Translations under genes and position numbers: made by a program
The notes under the pieces: generated by a model
Told to the model about the DNA's origin: nothing
Database searches by the model: none
The model's input: only the letters and a program-made list of their open reading frames with translations
Source of the DNA: Octopus bimaculoides
Taxonomy: Eukaryota
NCBI RefSeq assembly: GCF_001194135.2
Contig: NC_068988.1
Span: 24,522,296-24,586,295 of the forward strand
DNA: 64,000 nucleotides
Direction: 5' to 3'
Part shown: piece by piece, positions 61,035 through 64,000 of the stretch
Layout of the letters: every line of letters starts with the position of its first letter
Position numbering within the stretch: the first letter of the stretch is position 1

Positions 61035-61190
61035 CTAGGCACAAGCCCCGAAAATATCGTGGAGGGGGGCCATTCGATTAGATCGACCCAGTACACAACT
61101 GGTACTTAATTTGTCGACCTCGGCGGAATTTGAGCTCAGAACGTAAAAATAGACGAAATACCGCTAAGCACTTCGCCCGGCGTGCAAACG
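61035..61190 (-). mobile_element. SINE family A with internal deletion
   Basis: tcgacccagtacacaactggtacttaatttgtcgacctcggcggaatttgagctcagaacg. Confidence 0.8.
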
Positions 61191-61639
61191 ATGGGACCCT
61201 ATTACTATCTGAACTGTGAAAAAAATGTAATAATCATCAAAAATATTTTTATATGCCTGAAAAACCGATATGTCAATGAAATATACTTTATAACATTGAG
61301 TCATGCAAAACAACAAGTCATAAGAATGATTAATGTATAAGAATACTAATGTATATGGACAGTCAGTTGACGCATTTTGTTGTCTCCGGCGAAAAGACTT
61401 CTCTTGAGAACAAAACCATTTTGACTGAACTTATATTTAAAACTCAAACCACGAACGCTCCGACAAAACTATTTTCCAAATGCTAAACAGAAATTGTATT
61501 TCAAGGGAGCTAACTTTTAATCATAAACATTTTTAACAACAAAAAGAAATTTATAAGTCAACGATTTAAATTTTCTTCTTCGTTTCACTTCTTTTTGATG
61601 TATATAGAATAACACATCGAACAGCACCCGTATCCATCG

Positions 61640-62450
61640 TTCGTAGCATCCCCGCTATAAACCTCTGAACTGCATAAAACTGGCGTGTTTGGTCAGTTCT
61701 TTTAAGATAGTATGTATTTGCATCCATGACAAGGGAGAGAATCATCTTGACACAATTTATATTACTGAATTTGATTTCGTTAGTGAAAGCCTCCTACCCA
61801 GCCACGCGGACCTCGTACAAGAGGCGAAAGAGAAAAATTCTGACTGCCACTGCGAAGGAGAACCGCTTAACGAAAGCACAGAAGCTCCTGGACAAGCTAA
61901 AGCAACCTGTTGAGACGGGGGTGATCTGGTTCTCCTCAGATGAAAAGAACTGCTGCCAGGACTAGTTGCACAACGATGTGCCACGTATCCTGAAAACCAA
62001 GTTCCTCAAAGTGTAATTGTCTTAAGCTGTGTCTCCAATGAGGGTGACGTCATGCTGTCCCATGTCTTTGAACAGAGCCTTAGGCTCAATTCAGACGGCT
62101 ATGTGGAGCTACTGGAAATTGTGGTCAAAACCTGGTCGGAGAGGGTTGCTTCTCGAAGGCCATATGTGCGGCAGTAGAATTCGACACTTTGCCATACTTC
62201 CGGAAAGAGTCAAAAGTGCTTGTTGGAGAACTTCTAAGACTTCACCAGTCCCAGTTGCTGGCGTCTTAATTTTCTCTATTCCAATTATATGGATTACTAT
62301 GTGTGGGGCACATTTGAGAAAGACATCAACTGCCCTACCTGCAATACCACGGACAAGATCAAGGAGGCGTTCCAAGATAACATTGAGGAACATATGTGCC
62401 AGGTTCCGGAGCCATCTTGAGGCTGTGATTGAAGCTGAGGGTGGAGAGAG
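61640..62450 (+). mobile_element. Decayed Tc1/mariner transposase, DD37D (maT-like) group
   Basis: WFSSDEKN..., KTKFPQSVIVLSCVSNEGDVM, LNSDGYVELL, Q*N(D)STLCHTSGKSQ...NYMDYYVWG; 37 residues between the catalytic positions; in-frame stops. Confidence 0.85.
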
Positions 62451-63466
62451 AGAGAGAAGGAATAAAAGAAAAAAGGAAAGATAAGATAGACAGACAGAAG
62501 AAAGAAAGAAAGGAGGTACAGAAGAAAGAAAGAAGGGAGGAAGAAATAAAGAAAGGAAGAACAAATAAAAGAAGGAAAGCCGTAGGTTTTAATGCAAAAC
62601 TATTCAATTGAGTGAATGAAATGGAGAATGATATAAGGCTGGTAAGTTTGAGAGATGAGGGGAACGGCGGAAAAGGAAGAATGGGAGGGAGGGAGAGGGA
62701 CGGAGTNNNNNNNNNNNNNNNNNNNNNNNNNNNNNNNNNNNNNNNNNNNNNNNNNNNNNNNNNNNNNNNNNNNNNNNNNNNNNNNNNNNNNNNNNNNNNN
62801 NNNNNNNNNNNNNNNNNNNNNNNNNNNNNNNNNNNNNNNNNNNNNNNNNNNNNNNNNNNNNNNNNNNNNNNNNNNNNNNNNNNNNNNNNNNNNNNNNNNN
62901 NNNNNNNNNNNNNNNNNNNNNNNNNNNNNNNNNNNNNNNNNNNNNNNNNNNNNNNNNNNNNNNNNNNNNNNNNNNNNNNNNNNNNNNNNNNNNNNNNNNN
63001 NNNNNNNNNNNNNNNNNNNNNNNNNNNNNNNNNNNNNNNNNNNNNNNNNNNNNNNNNNNNNNNNNNNNNNNNNNNNNNNNNNNNNNNNNNNNNNNNNNNN
63101 NNNNNNNNNNNNNNNNNNNNNNNNNNNNNNNNNNNNNNNNNNNNNNNNNNNNNNNNNNNNNNNNNNNNNNNNNNNNNNNNNNNNNNNNNNNNNNNNNNNN
63201 NNNNNNNNNNNNNNNNNNNNNNNNNNNNNNNNNNNNNNNNNNNNNNNNNNNNNNNNNNNNNNNNNNNNNNNNNNNNNNNNNNNNNNNNNNNNNNNNNNNN
63301 NNNNNNNNNNNNNNNNNNNNNNNNNNNNNNNNNNNNNNNNNNNNNNNNNNNNNNNNNNNNNNNNNNNNNNNNNNNNNNNNNNNNNNNNNNNNNNNNNNNN
63401 NNNNNNNNNNNNNATATATATTGTTTTGCAAGATTTTTGATGTGAAATCGTGTGTTGAAACAGATG

Positions 63467-63676
63467 TTGTTGTACCTGGGGATGGTCATATTGCCAATTT
63501 AGCCAATAAAAACACACGCACTGTATATTTGGTGTTAATTTGCTTCAGCTTTATATTACATCACATTATAGGATTAATGTAATGTAATATAAAGCTGAAG
63601 CAAATTAACACCAAATATACAGTGCGTGTATTTTTATTGGCTAAACTGGCAATATGACCATCCCCAAATACAACAA
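63467..63676. repeat. Fold-back hairpin, 102-bp arms (about 97/102), 6-nt loop
   Basis: ggggatggtcatattgcc...cacatta-taggat-taatgt...ggcaatatgaccatcccc. Confidence 0.93.
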
Positions 63677-64000
63677 TATATATATATATATATTTACACA
63701 CATATATGCGTACATATGGAGAGCGAGAGACAAAGTGAAGAGAGGAGGGGGAGAGAGAGGAAAGGAGAGCTAGATCGACAGACAGACAGAAAAACACTGA
63801 CAGACAGACAGATAGATAGAGAGAGAGAAAGATAGAGAGACAGAGGATGCAAAGAGAGGAGGTGGAGGAGCATAAAAGATATGTTCTATTTTATAATAAA
63901 CAAAAGCAAAAAAAAAAAAAGGGAAAATAATAATATCGAACAAAAGCAAAACCATCATTTTATAATATCTAAGAAGAAAAATCCTTTATTTTTTTTTCCA

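Noticed and set aside
1212-63517. Long ORFs in the supplied track containing X runs or homopolymeric E/D/K/R/S/H/Y-I-C-V tracts
   Set aside because: They are read-throughs of N gaps and tri-/di-/tetranucleotide microsatellites, with no domain signal or splice context.
1-64000. CRISPR arrays, rRNA or prokaryotic operons
   Set aside because: No regularly spaced repeat-spacer array or rRNA-like sequence was seen; the window is spliced eukaryotic DNA.

Overview
Eukaryotic, repeat-rich, gapped scaffold. It is most likely a coleoid cephalopod (Octopus-like), inferred from the SINE families and the very high microsatellite density. One host protein-coding gene is recognisable: UCHL5/UCH37 (proteasome/INO80-associated deubiquitinase) on the + strand, from ATG 33594 to TGA 58189. 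Ten coding exons are visible, all with canonical GT-AG boundaries and consistent phases. The exon carrying the catalytic His/Asp is not in the called sequence and most likely lies in the N-gap 52704-53509. No host coding exon could be supported in 1-33 kb. The rest is SINEs (at least five families), decayed LINE fragments (Tx1/L1-like, RTE-like, HERO/RLE-like), decayed DNA transposons (Tc1/mariner DD41D and DD37D, hAT), fold-back elements and microsatellites. Almost all ORFs in the supplied track are artefacts of N runs or simple repeats. The most interesting signal is a tRNA-headed SINE-like element (38282-38606 and 58663-59037). It carries a Penelope-type minimal hammerhead-ribozyme motif. 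Both copies show the same architecture: TSD, inverted piece of the element's own 3' tail, full element, TSD. This suggests a ribozyme-bearing SINE mobilised by Penelope-like machinery. Repeat coordinates are approximate (about +/-10 bp) unless stated otherwise.
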